Assembly (NCBI GenBank): GCA_964627605.1
Contig: CAZVGZ010000009.1
Span: 31,533-95,532 of the forward strand
DNA: 64,000 nt
Source of the DNA: an uncultured bacterium
Lineage (GTDB): Bacteria > Latescibacterota > MWCZ01 > CAZVGZ01
Reading direction: 5' to 3'
Part shown: positions 38,814 through 48,652 of the stretch, piece by piece
Position numbering within the stretch: the first letter of the stretch is position 1
Layout of the letters: every line of letters starts with the position of its first letter
Position numbers and translations under genes: made by a program
Notes under the pieces: generated by a model
What the model saw: only the letters and a program-made list of their open reading frames with translations
Databases searched by the model: none
What the model was told of the DNA's origin: nothing

Positions 38814-39764
38814 CTATCCAAGTACGCCAATTGGGGACAGTTCGTCCACAAGCGCCAAATCCTCGGCGGTGATCTCTACTTCAAGCGCCCCAAGATTGTC
38901 ATCTATCTGCTCTATCGTCCGCGCCCCCATTATCGGGATGACACTCTCTTGCGCGGCAACCCACGCCAAAGAAAACTGACTTAGGCTGCACTCTTTGGCT
39001 TGGGAGTGCGACTCAAGTCGCTCCATGACTCGAAGCGCCTCAGGATACCACGGTTCGGTGTGCGCACCCATCTCTTCGACGAGAGATCCTTTTGGCACCG
39101 GCTGGTTCGGGCGGTATTTCTTGCCAGCCAGAATCCCCCGGGCCAGTGGCGAATAAGCCAGAAACGCCAGACCGTACTTTCGGCACCACGGAAGCACGCC
39201 TGACTCCACACCGCGACGAATCAGACTAAGCGGCGACTGTTCTGTTGAGGGTACCACAAACCCATTGGCCTCGCCTTTCCACTCAGTTTCGACAAGCTGC
39301 GCGCCTGAAAAGTTACTGCTGCCGATGTAGCGCACTTTGCCCTGGCTGACCAGATCATCAAAAGCCCTCAGCGTCTCTTCGACCGGCGTTTGATGGTCGG
39401 GACGGTGCATCTGGTACAGGTCTATATAGTCGGTCTTTAGGCGGCCCAGACTCGCTTCGACCTGCCGCATGATGTGCGTCCGGGACAGCCCCGCTTTGTT
39501 GGGGTCTGCGGCCACCCGTGTATGGACTTTTGTTGCCAGGACGACTCGCTGCCGCCGCCCCTTGAGCCCTTGGCCGATGACGCTCTCCGATCCGCCGCTG
39601 GCGTAGCTATCGGCAGTGTCCCAAAAATTTAGCCCCACCTCAAGCGCGTGATCCATCACCTCCAACGCTTCAGGTACACCGGTGTGCGTACTCCAAAATC
39701 CGGTGCCTAGACACAGAGGTGGCACCATAAGTCCCGTGCAACCCAAAGAAGTGTATTCCATCAT
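38814..39764 (-). CDS. aldo/keto reductase (array member 3)
   Basis: 'MMEYTSLGCTGLMVPPLCLGT', 'DTADSY', 'LATKV', 'YQMHRP', 'GKVRYIGSSNF'. Confidence 0.88.
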   Translation of the reverse strand: MMEYTSLGCTGLMVPPLCLGTGFWSTHTGVPEALEVMDHALEVGLNFWDTADSYASGGSESVIGQGLKGRRQRVVLATKVHTRVAADPNKAGLSRTHIMRQVEASLGRLKTDYIDLYQMHRPDHQTPVEETLRAFDDLVSQGKVRYIGSSNFSGAQLVETEWKGEANGFVVPSTEQSPLSLIRRGVESGVLPWCRKYGLAFLAYSPLARGILAGKKYRPNQPVPKGSLVEEMGAHTEPWYPEALRVMERLESHSQAKECSLSQFSLAWVAAQESVIPIMGARTIEQIDDNLGALEVEITAEDLALVDELSPIGVLG

Positions 39765-39853
39765 GTCCCCATGTTGCAGCCCAATCTCGCTGCTATCTGC
39801 CAGCCCATTCCACTAACTGGCAGCGCTTGTGATTCGACCATCGCTCAATCGGT

Positions 39854-40789
39854 CTATGACGGCGATATCTGGTCCACGAACGCCAAATCCTCGTCTGTGA
39901 TCTCCACATCCAGCGCTCCCAAGTTGTCGTCTAGCTGCTCCATCGTCCTTGGGCCTATGATCGGAGTTACGCTCGGTTGCCGCATCAGCCAGGCCACCGC
40001 GAACTGTGTCAGAGAACAGCTCTTCTCAAGCACATGCCCCCGTAGAGTCTCCACAACCTCAAGCGTGCCATCCCACCAGTCCGTCTTGTGGAATCCCAAC
40101 CGCTCGACACGCGAGCCTATCTCAGGCGGGTCTCCGATATGATACCGCCCTGTAAGCGTCCCCCTGGCAAGTGGCGAATATGCCAGGAATGCGAGGCCAT
40201 ATCTGCGGCACCACGGCAGCACATCAGTCTCGACTTGTCGACGAATCAGACTGTAGCCGGTCTGGTCGGAGATTGGAGCGTCGAAACCGCCGACTTCTGA
40301 TCTCCAGAGCGTTTCAACCAGTAGCGGCGCAGTGAAGTTGCTGGTGCCCACGTATCTGACTTTGCCCTGGGATATCAGATCATCAAACGCCCTGAGTGAC
40401 ACCTCTATCGGCGTGTTTTTGTCTGGATGGTGCATCTGATAGATGTCTATGTAGTCGGTTTTAAGGCGTGTCAGGCTCCTTTCGACCTGCGACATGATGT
40501 GCGTGCGAGACAGACCACCGTCGTTAGGGTGATCGTCAGAGACTTTGGTCCTGACTTTGGTCGCCAAAACGACGCTATCCCGCCGCCCTTTAAGCCCCTC
40601 TCCAATAGCCTCCTCCGACGCGCCAGCCGAGTAGACGTTTGACGTGTCGATGAAGTTCACACCGACATCAATCGCCCTGTCCATCATCGCAAGACACTCA
40701 GCCACCGTGTTGCGACCTGCCCACAGACCGGTTCCCAGTGCAACAGGCGACACCCTCAACCCTGTTCGACCAAAAACCTGGTATTCCAT
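39854..40789 (-). CDS. aldo/keto reductase (array member 4)
   Basis: 'MEYQVFGRTGLRVSPVALGT', 'DTSNVY', 'LATKV', 'YQMHHP', 'GKVRYVGTSNF'. The internal ATG at 40789 is preferred over the track start at 40876, which overlaps the upstream gene. Confidence 0.85.
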   Translation of the reverse strand: MEYQVFGRTGLRVSPVALGTGLWAGRNTVAECLAMMDRAIDVGVNFIDTSNVYSAGASEEAIGEGLKGRRDSVVLATKVRTKVSDDHPNDGGLSRTHIMSQVERSLTRLKTDYIDIYQMHHPDKNTPIEVSLRAFDDLISQGKVRYVGTSNFTAPLLVETLWRSEVGGFDAPISDQTGYSLIRRQVETDVLPWCRRYGLAFLAYSPLARGTLTGRYHIGDPPEIGSRVERLGFHKTDWWDGTLEVVETLRGHVLEKSCSLTQFAVAWLMRQPSVTPIIGPRTMEQLDDNLGALDVEITDEDLAFVDQISPS

Positions 40790-40815
40790 AGAGATGATTC
40801 CCAAAAAAATGGCAG

Positions 40816-41817
40816 CTACGCCTTCATCAAACGTCGGATGTTGAGCATTCGGAAAGTCGATTCTATCTCTCGCCACACTTTTTTTCGGCGATTCTCCCCA
40901 AGTCCCATGTGACTACCGGAGTAGAGATGGTAGCTATTTCGTTTCTCCTTCAGGTATTCCGTAGGAAAACAGAACCTGCATTCATCGGTCTCGAATGTTT
41001 CTAGCTCACTGATCTGATTCTTAAACCAGGCATTCTGGCGTGGTTGTGGGAATCTGGCGACCAACTCCGTGAATAGCAGGCTCCGCTCAGGTGTCAGGCA
41101 TGCCAGATAGACATTTTCGGCGGAATGACAGCTGCGTCTGACCGGGTCCCACATATATCCTTTGCCGAGCGACTGAAAGGCGTCGTGGCTCAGGTATTTC
41201 ACCACCTGTCCGACCCGGCGTTTTTCGCTGTCGGATTGCGGTTCGAAGTGGGCCATCGCGTAGAGGTCGTAGATGGATGGTAGTGCCAGTTCGCCGCCAT
41301 CGGATACAAGCTCCTGGCGATAGACATTCTTTCCGCTCCACGGCTTGGGTAGCCGACCAGACTTTTGGGGCGATAGATACAGACCGTAGTCAGCGCGAAC
41401 CGCCGTGGCGCATAGCAGTTCGATGCGGGCGTGAAAAAAGTCATTGACCGCCGTATGACCGTGATACCCAGCGGCGATCAGGTAGCTCGCCGCTATCATC
41501 GGCAGCCACGCCGGTTTCATCATCCCAACCTGATCCGCCAACCGCTGCGCTTTCCGGTCCAACTCGACCAATCCAGCGCGGATACCTTACTCCACCAACT
41601 TGCCCATTGAGTTTTCAACTGCGCTATCCCTGCTGTGATGAACCGGTCCATCTCCAAAATTGGCCAACCAACGCTGTACGTCCTCTGTCGCCAAAACCTC
41701 ACAATAGATTTTGGCCTTTTCAACGCCCCCTATGTCAACACCAAGGTCTCTTATGACTCGCCACCTGACTATGGGCCCTGGATGCTCAAGCAGCCACTCA
41801 ATCTGTAAGTCGTGCAC
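40816..41817 (-). pseudogene. uncharacterised ~330-codon gene interrupted by one in-frame TAA (or two adjacent ORFs)
   Basis: Track ORFs 41587..41817 (76 aa) and 40816..41571 (251 aa) are in the same frame. Only a TAA (41589-41587) and 5 sense codons separate them (...NSMGKLVE*GIRAGLVELDRK...). No family recognised. The gene sits inside the AKR array. Confidence 0.5.
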
Positions 41818-41823
41818 AGCAGT

Positions 41824-42774
41824 CTAAATCTGCGTTCCCGGCGACACAAGCTCATTCACCAGAGCGTTGTCCTCGGCGGTGATCTCCACTTCAAGAGCGC
41901 CCAGGTTGTCCGTGAGTTGCGCGGCGTTGCGCGGACCCATGATAGCCGAAACGACCGTTGGCTGACTGTAGACCCACGCCAGCGCAAATTGGCTGAGTGT
42001 GCAGCCTTTGATTTCGACATGCGGCAGGAGTTTTTCCACCACATCCATAGCCTCACCCCACCAACCCTTTTCGTGCTGCCCCCACTCAGTGAGCCGCGCC
42101 CCTTCAGGCGGCGGTTGATTTTTTCGGTATTTGCCTGTGAGCAGCCCACCAGCTAAAGGCGAAAACGGTACCAGCGACACGCCATATTTTGCGCAGTAGG
42201 GCACTACATCTGATTCAGGCTCTCGTCGTATGAGGCTGTACTGCGGCTGCTCGGCGACGATGGCATCCCACCTTCCCACTTCGCTTTTCCACAGCGACTC
42301 TACTAACTCCGCAGCCGTAAAACAGCTTGAGGCTATGTAGCGGACCTTGCCCTGGCTAATGAGGTCATCAAGTGCCCGCAGCGTAATCTCAATGGGCATT
42401 TTCGGGTCGGGGCGATGCAAATAGTAGATGTCGATATAGTCTGTACCGAGCCGCTTTAGGCTGCGTTCACACTCGCCGACGACATGCTTTCTCGAAAGAC
42501 CCGTAGCGTTGGGATCGTCATCGTCCATCGGCCAGAAAACTTTGGTCGCCAGGACGACCTCATCCCTTCGGCCCTTTATCCCCTCACCAACAACTCTCTC
42601 AGCTTCGCCTCTGTTGTACACGTTGGATGTATCTATGAAATTCACGCCATCGTCGATCGCCTGATCTATGACAGCCAGACCCTCTTGCGCGGTATTTCGT
42701 TCGGTCCAGAGCCACGTCCCCAGACAGAGCGGCGACACCTGGAGGCCGGTGCGTCCCAATGTGCGGTATTCCAT
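41824..42774 (-). CDS. aldo/keto reductase (array member 5)
   Basis: 'MEYRTLGRTGLQVSPLCLGT', 'DTSNVY', 'LATKV', 'YYLHRP', 'GKVRYIASSCF'. By eye this is the closest paralogue to member 1. Confidence 0.88.
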   Translation of the reverse strand: MEYRTLGRTGLQVSPLCLGTWLWTERNTAQEGLAVIDQAIDDGVNFIDTSNVYNRGEAERVVGEGIKGRRDEVVLATKVFWPMDDDDPNATGLSRKHVVGECERSLKRLGTDYIDIYYLHRPDPKMPIEITLRALDDLISQGKVRYIASSCFTAAELVESLWKSEVGRWDAIVAEQPQYSLIRREPESDVVPYCAKYGVSLVPFSPLAGGLLTGKYRKNQPPPEGARLTEWGQHEKGWWGEAMDVVEKLLPHVEIKGCTLSQFALAWVYSQPTVVSAIMGPRNAAQLTDNLGALEVEITAEDNALVNELVSPGTQI

Positions 42775-42837
42775 ATCTGTTTCCTCTATCTGATTTTCAG
42801 TCGTCAGTCAAAAACAGGCAGCTATTGAGTGCAATCG

Positions 42838-43839
42838 CTAGATGTAGACGAGCGTTGAGATACTCTCATCCAGCGACGCCACCACGTTCCAATAAAGCGC
42901 CCCATCATCGGTCGAATAGATGGTGCCGTCACCATCGCAAAACGCCATGGCCTCAGATGTGGACGATGAAAAAGCAAGAAAATGGGTGTCGATCTGGTTC
43001 TCAAAAAACTCAGGCAGCCCGTTGTGACATTTCTGCCACTTTTTGCCGCCGTCGTCTGTTCTAAACAGCATCGCTTCGACTCCAGTCGGCCCACTGCTAT
43101 GCGGGCCGAGCGACCCGGTAATTACCATCACATCGGGATCGCCGCAGTCGATAGCCAGCCCGCGCATGTACCCTCGATCACCGAAAACCTCCAGAGCACC
43201 GACCCACGACTCCCCTGCATCATCGCTGCGATAGAAACCCTCTGCCGTCGCCGCAGCGATCATCTCAGGGCGATCTGGGTGGGTGGCGATGTCGTGCACG
43301 TCGGCGTTTAGGTCGTTTCGATGGTTGGTCCACGTCTGTCCGCCGTCATCGCTGCGACAGACCCAGCCGACGTGTATATCTGCGTAGATATGGTCACCGC
43401 TCCCAGCGAACGCACGGACATCAGGCGAACCGCCCCAAGGTGTAAACCACTCATCTCTGCCGTCGATCTCATCAAAACCTGCGACGATCTGAGATCCCGC
43501 CTGCCCACTGAGGTCAATACACTCCAGACGAGCGGCGTCGGTACCGACCAAGACGTATCCGTCGAGGGCGTACAGGCAGTTTGCGCTCTCTTGTGAAATC
43601 ACCCCAACTTTTATCCAACCATCGCCATTTGGATCGTCCGTGTTAGGACCCTGCCAAACCTCCTTGCCGTCCAGCACAGCGAACAATCCACCAGAGGGGG
43701 ATAGATGCAGGTGAGTCACGTTCCGACCAGTGAGAGTTTTTGTATCTGCCACCGCTCTTGAGCTTATATTCAACGATTTTATACCATCCCCTGTCGCCAG
43801 GATCAACATCGTATATCTCCCCATATCAGATTCCGGCAT
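42838..43839 (-). CDS. BNR/Asp-box repeat beta-propeller protein
   Basis: Asp-boxes 'SDDGGQTW', 'SDDAGESW', 'TDDGGKKW', 'STDDGALYW'. The likely true start is the ATG at 43809 (MLILATGDG...), which has GGGAGA upstream. Confidence 0.7.
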   Translation of the reverse strand: MPESDMGRYTMLILATGDGIKSLNISSRAVADTKTLTGRNVTHLHLSPSGGLFAVLDGKEVWQGPNTDDPNGDGWIKVGVISQESANCLYALDGYVLVGTDAARLECIDLSGQAGSQIVAGFDEIDGRDEWFTPWGGSPDVRAFAGSGDHIYADIHVGWVCRSDDGGQTWTNHRNDLNADVHDIATHPDRPEMIAAATAEGFYRSDDAGESWVGALEVFGDRGYMRGLAIDCGDPDVMVITGSLGPHSSGPTGVEAMLFRTDDGGKKWQKCHNGLPEFFENQIDTHFLAFSSSTSEAMAFCDGDGTIYSTDDGALYWNVVASLDESISTLVYI

Positions 43840-43848
43840 TTCTTGTTG

Positions 43849-43992
43849 TCATTCGTCGAGCATGTCCGCATGGGCATATGCAGCCAGGTTAAACCCGGCG
43901 TCCTGCGCAATTTTCAGATCATCCAACGAACGCACGTTGAACGCCCCGAGTACCGGTACTCCATCAATCCAGTAGGCCTCGTGAAGTTTCAT
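43849..43992 (-). CDS. small ORF (47 aa), possibly a gene fragment
   Basis: Not in the track because it is under 60 aa. An AAGGA RBS precedes the ATG at 43992. Product: MKLHEAYWIDGVPVLGAFNVRSLDDLKIAQDAGFNLAAYAHADMLDE*. It looks like the first strand/helix of a TIM-barrel hydrolase. Confidence 0.3.
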   Translation of the reverse strand: MKLHEAYWIDGVPVLGAFNVRSLDDLKIAQDAGFNLAAYAHADMLDE

Positions 43993-44083
43993 GTAATGAT
44001 TTCCTTAGTTTTGAAACCGTAATATCGCTGGAATCAACCAGTTACGTCGGTGTGTTCCTGGCAGATGCGGATGTTTGGTTAGG

Positions 44084-45397
44084 CTACGGCCCAGCGACAC
44101 GCAGCAGCATCTCCTCGTTGTCCTTCAAGTCTGCCAAGTTGTCAACGACTTTCTTGAACGCCTCGGCAATCTGCTCAATATGCACGGTACAGTCTTCATA
44201 CCACGACGCGCCACCCATTATCAGCTCTCTCTTGCACTGCTCCTCAGCCACCGGACAGTCACCTTCGCGGTAGACAACATCCCGTTTGCCCAGACTCCAC
44301 GGCAGCCCGCCACCCCAGAAATACTCCCTCTCCTGATAGCGGGACCGCATATATATCGGGGTGCCTACATAGCTGCCCACACCCACGCCCTCTGCGTTAA
44401 GTGCAGCCACATACACCTCTCTTTGCAGGCCATCCATATCGTCAGGATTGTAGGTCGGCGCGTAGAGATGATATACATGCTCGGCACCTTCGTATGGCTT
44501 GGGCACCGATATTCCGGCGACACCATCCAACAGCCCTGACAGCTTTTCGCTGTTGCGCCTTCTCCACGCGTTCTTCTCGTCCAACTGCGGCAACTGCGCG
44601 TTGGCGATAACCGCTGACATCGGGTGCATCCGATAGGTGTAGCAGCAGCTATCGATATACTCCCTTAGTGCTGGGTTTTTGAGATGTCTCTTCTGCCGCG
44701 AGGGGTGGTGACCGTAGAGGATGGCTAACTCATAGAGCCTCTCGTCATCTGTGGAGACCATCCCACCATCACCAGCCGCCAGATTCTTGCCGCTCCCGAT
44801 GCTGAACGCCCCTAAATCACCCCACGCTCCGACTTTAACCCCTTGATAGCCAGCACCATCTGATTGGGCGCAATCTTCGACAATGGCCAAACCGTGCTTT
44901 TTGGCTATAGCAGAGATCTCATCCATCTTCGCCGGACCGCCAAAAAGGTGCGGAACGAGGATAGCGGTGGTGTAAGGGGAAATCTGAGCTTCTATGGATT
45001 GCGGATTGAGGTTGGACGTCTGGGCGTCAATATCCGCGAAGACGGGGATCGCGTTCGTCTGGAGAATAGGAGAAACCGTCTGTCCCCAGGTGTGCGGGGA
45101 CGTAATAACCTCATCGCCAGCTTTCACCCCAGCAGCCATCAGACCGATATGTATCGCCGCGCAGCCAGAGTTGGTACCGACAACATAGCCTACACCGAGA
45201 TAGCCCGCCCACGACTTTTCAAGCGGCTCCAAACCCTGACCACCATAGGACGCAGAGATGTAGTCACGCTCGCCAGCGGCGGCATGCCTAAGCGCATCCA
45301 CCGCTGCGGCGACATCCTCTTCACTGAATTTTGGCCACGCCGGAGATTCGGTTGTCACCATCTTTTCTCCGCCACGTATCGCCAACTGGTCCGGCAT
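44084..45397 (-). CDS. DegT/DnrJ/EryC1/StrS family PLP-dependent aminotransferase
   Basis: 'LAIRGGEK', 'DEVITSPHTW', 'AIVEDCAQS', PLP-Lys context 'AFSIGSGKNLAAGDGGMV'. An AAGGGAG RBS precedes the ATG at 45397. The track start is 45451. Confidence 0.85.
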   Translation of the reverse strand: MPDQLAIRGGEKMVTTESPAWPKFSEEDVAAAVDALRHAAAGERDYISASYGGQGLEPLEKSWAGYLGVGYVVGTNSGCAAIHIGLMAAGVKAGDEVITSPHTWGQTVSPILQTNAIPVFADIDAQTSNLNPQSIEAQISPYTTAILVPHLFGGPAKMDEISAIAKKHGLAIVEDCAQSDGAGYQGVKVGAWGDLGAFSIGSGKNLAAGDGGMVSTDDERLYELAILYGHHPSRQKRHLKNPALREYIDSCCYTYRMHPMSAVIANAQLPQLDEKNAWRRRNSEKLSGLLDGVAGISVPKPYEGAEHVYHLYAPTYNPDDMDGLQREVYVAALNAEGVGVGSYVGTPIYMRSRYQEREYFWGGGLPWSLGKRDVVYREGDCPVAEEQCKRELIMGGASWYEDCTVHIEQIAEAFKKVVDNLADLKDNEEMLLRVAGP

Positions 45398-45721
45398 CTC
45401 AACTCCCTTGTCGTGTGGGTTGGGTTTGTTGTGTGTCTCTGAGAGTAACACGGGCCTTATATAATGGTCCTATGAACCCGTGCATTGTCACAAGGTGTAG
45501 GAACCTGAAGCAGAACCAATCGCCGCGTCCCGATCGACAGAACCTGCGCCTAGCCAAAAGGCGATGCGGAGCGTCAGGAGAGACCTCACGCTTACAACCG
45601 CGAGTTCTTGACAGGTGTTTTACATGCGTTCATTTTCAGATCTGGGTTGCCCTGAGCGCTAGCGATGTTATCATAGTCGTGACCTCTCTTAATCGATCAC
45701 CGCAAAACCGGGAGCACCGCC

Positions 45722-46222
45722 ATGCTGAATAGACTAAAAACATTCCGATCGCCGATCGTATCGCTCTTACTGATCGCTGCTACAGCAGTGTTGATAGCCG
45801 CAGCATCCGTCAAAACAGAAGCACCGCCAGACGGCTCACAGTCGACTTCGTACAGAGTCAGCCCCAGCGACGTCACCAGCTCGCTAGGCGATCCGGCAGC
45901 GACACCGGGATTGGCGAACGAGTTTCTACTAGACAAAATCGGAATGCGTACCCCTTCGGGCTACGTTGGCACGCGCCGCCTCAAACTGATTCGCCAGACC
46001 TATGAGCCAGGCGGTTCCCACGATCCTCATCAACACGCAGACGCAGAACAGGCCTACTACGTCGTCAGCGGTACCGGCAAAGCGCGCATCGATACCACAT
46101 GGTATGAAATGACCGCAGGCACTGTGTTCTACATCCCACCGAATACTGAGCATCAGGTCATCAACAACGGCGAGGTTCCGCTGGTCAACATCCTTATAGA
46201 CATCGTCCTAGATTCTGAGTAG
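45722..46222 (+). CDS. secreted cupin-domain protein
   Basis: Signal peptide 'IVSLLLIAATAVLIAAASV' and the cupin motifs 'HQHADAEQAYYVVSGTG' and 'YIPPNTEHQVIN'. Confidence 0.75.
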   Translation: MLNRLKTFRSPIVSLLLIAATAVLIAAASVKTEAPPDGSQSTSYRVSPSDVTSSLGDPAATPGLANEFLLDKIGMRTPSGYVGTRRLKLIRQTYEPGGSHDPHQHADAEQAYYVVSGTGKARIDTTWYEMTAGTVFYIPPNTEHQVINNGEVPLVNILIDIVLDSE

Positions 46223-46288
46223 ATACGAACCCGATAGGGTGAGATGAGTCAAACTCCGTAGCTGATATTCTAGGAAAGGGCACACGCT

Positions 46289-47116
46289 ATGGGTTCAAAA
46301 TCGTCACTCAAAATGCTGTTGTTAGCGGTCACGTTCGGCTGCGGTGCTCGACTGCCCGATCCAGGTGTGGTGCCCCAGATCGTCTTTCCCCACGATTACG
46401 TCGGCAACATAGACACATCTCAATTCGAGGAGCCGTCTGGGCTAGTGTATCATCCAGGCCGAGGGACGCTGTTCGGGGTAGGTGATGAGGGCGATATCGC
46501 CGAGTTCACCACCGACGGTGGGGTCATCGCACAGAAACATATAGGCGACCGCGATCTTGAGGGTGTCACCAGCGATCCGAAAACAGGCCTGCTGTACGTA
46601 GTCGTCGAAGGTGAAGAAGCGATACTGGAGGTTGACCCTGACAGCCTCGGCGTGAGAAGGAGTTTTTCTGTCGACCGGTCCTATCGTAGCCGTCTCGTGA
46701 TGGCCGAAGGCGAATTTGGTACCGAGGCGATCACTTTTGCGCCTGACCCATCCCACCCAAGCGGCGGTCTGTTCTATGTCGCCAATCAGTCCTTTGACCT
46801 AAACAGTGATGACGATATGTCGATCATCGCTGAGGTCCGGGTCCGACTCAACGAAGCCACAGACTCCACGGCGACCATCGAGGGAGTTTTCTCCATCGCA
46901 GTAATCGACCTCTCCGGCCTGCACTACGACGCCGCCAGCGACCATCTTTTCGTCATCAGCGACGCCACGAACACACTGTCCGAAATCACCCGCAAAGGGG
47001 TCTTGGTTGATACTTGGGCGCTTCCTGGAGACAATCAGGAAGGCATCACCGTGGACGCCCACGGCAACTGGTACATCGCCCAGGACTCCGGTGGAATTAT
47101 CAAATGGAACCCGTGA
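46289..47116 (+). CDS. SdiA-regulated/YjiK-like beta-propeller lipoprotein
   Basis: Lipobox 'LLLAVTFGC', then 'EEPSGLVYHPGRGTLFGVGDEGDI', 'DLEGVTSD' and 'NQEGITVD'. Confidence 0.7.
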   Translation: MGSKSSLKMLLLAVTFGCGARLPDPGVVPQIVFPHDYVGNIDTSQFEEPSGLVYHPGRGTLFGVGDEGDIAEFTTDGGVIAQKHIGDRDLEGVTSDPKTGLLYVVVEGEEAILEVDPDSLGVRRSFSVDRSYRSRLVMAEGEFGTEAITFAPDPSHPSGGLFYVANQSFDLNSDDDMSIIAEVRVRLNEATDSTATIEGVFSIAVIDLSGLHYDAASDHLFVISDATNTLSEITRKGVLVDTWALPGDNQEGITVDAHGNWYIAQDSGGIIKWNP

Positions 47117-47231
47117 TTTGGGCAGGTGTCAGCTATCAAAGCCCGTTGATGCCTCATTGAGCCCTTCCATGTAGCCCACAAGCTGACCAAGCGCCAGCAT
47201 TACTGCCACAACCTTGGCGGTTTCGCTTGCT

Positions 47232-47396
47232 CTAGAGCTTCATAAACGCATCCTGTACTATCTCATCTTCGGACTCATAGCGCCCGACGAGCCTGCAAAC
47301 AAACCGCCGGACAGGCGGTTCCAACTCGCTGTGCAGTTCGGTGAATACCTCGTGATCACCCTTGAGACGCCACAGACGATCGTCAAGCTTGGGCAT
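47232..47396 (-). pseudogene. possible ECF sigma factor N-terminal fragment (54 codons)
   Basis: Not in the track. A GGAAGGAG RBS and ATG at 47396 give MPKLDDRLWRLKGDHEVFTELHSELEPPVRRFVCRLVGRYESEDEIVQDAFMKL*. The pattern resembles sigma-70 region 2.1/2.2 and ends at a TAG after 54 aa. Confidence 0.3.
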
Positions 47397-47518
47397 CTGC
47401 TCTCCTTCCTTATCGCTAATTAACCGAACCAGAGAGCAAAAATGTTCAATTCAGACCTGAAAGGAGTGTGCTGAGCGGAGTTTTGATTTCGCGAGGATTA
47501 AGAAGGATTGGGGATGAA

Positions 47519-48652
47519 TCAGGCGCCGCTGACGCCGAACTCATCGGCGACTTTCTGGCGGCGCTGCTCGACCGTCTTTACAATATTGTCGATATGTTCG
47601 CCGCCACCGGTAATCTGCAGCTCAATCGCCACCACCAAAACCTCGATCCCAAAAGCGAATCCAGGCGGAAATCTGACCATATCCTTCTCAGTGGTGACAA
47701 TCGCATCTGCCCCAGCTCGGTGTGCGGCATCAACAACCTCATCCAGGACCGAGCGCGTGAAACGGTAGTGGTCGGCGAACCGTCGGCGGTCGGCGACCTC
47801 AGCGCCCAACGATTCCACTGTTCGCTCAAACCCCAAAGGGTTGCCAATTCCAGATAGCGCAAACAGCTTTTGTCCCGCGATATCGACGACATTGACTTCA
47901 GAGCGATCTGGATGCCGATAGACACTCGATACAACGTGGCGGCTCTGTACAATCGGGCATAGAGGAGCCAGATGATCAATCTGAGCCACAACATCGTCCA
48001 GATCAGGGGCCATGTCGGTGTGAGTAAGGCAGACAAGCTGAGCACGCCTTATGTGCGCCGCGGGTTCTCTTAGTGTTCCCCTGGGCAGAAGACGATCGTT
48101 GCCGAATGGGTTCACCGCATCCACGGCGACGATGTCCCAGTCGCGGTGAAGCCTCAAATGCTGAAATCCGTCATCCACCAGCACTACATCAGGGTCAAAA
48201 CGGCGGGCCGCAACCATCCCGGCCTCCAACCTATTCGACCCAACAATGATCGGTACCTTGGGAAGGCGAATCCCCATCAGATAGGGCTCATCGCCAGCCC
48301 GACGTTTTCTTGCCAACACCCTGTCGCCGTCGGACACCACTATCACGCCCTTGCCCTGCCTAATATATCCACGTGAGAGGATCACAACGCGAGCGCCGTC
48401 AGCCTGAAGACGTTCGGCTAGATGCATCACCAACGGCGTCTTGCCTGTACCACCGGCCGTGACGTTCCCAACAGATACGACTGGAACACCCAGCGCAAAA
48501 CGGCGGAAAACTCCACGCCTGTATGCCCAGGTCCGAAAACGAACGCCAGAGCGGTATACCTTGGAGGCCAAACCGAGACCCTGGAGCAGAGAATCGGCCC
48601 ATGGGGTCTCAGGCGGCGTCGCCCCTATCCACTGATCGTATCGCCGTTTCAT
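47519..48652 (-). CDS. lpxK: tetraacyldisaccharide 4'-kinase
   Basis: P-loop 'VSVGNVTAGGTGKTPLV' and 'ILSRGY'. The start is placed at the ATG at 48652, which forms an ATGA overlap with the waaA stop. The track start is 48682. Confidence 0.88.
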   Translation of the reverse strand: MKRRYDQWIGATPPETPWADSLLQGLGLASKVYRSGVRFRTWAYRRGVFRRFALGVPVVSVGNVTAGGTGKTPLVMHLAERLQADGARVVILSRGYIRQGKGVIVVSDGDRVLARKRRAGDEPYLMGIRLPKVPIIVGSNRLEAGMVAARRFDPDVVLVDDGFQHLRLHRDWDIVAVDAVNPFGNDRLLPRGTLREPAAHIRRAQLVCLTHTDMAPDLDDVVAQIDHLAPLCPIVQSRHVVSSVYRHPDRSEVNVVDIAGQKLFALSGIGNPLGFERTVESLGAEVADRRRFADHYRFTRSVLDEVVDAAHRAGADAIVTTEKDMVRFPPGFAFGIEVLVVAIELQITGGGEHIDNIVKTVEQRRQKVADEFGVSGA

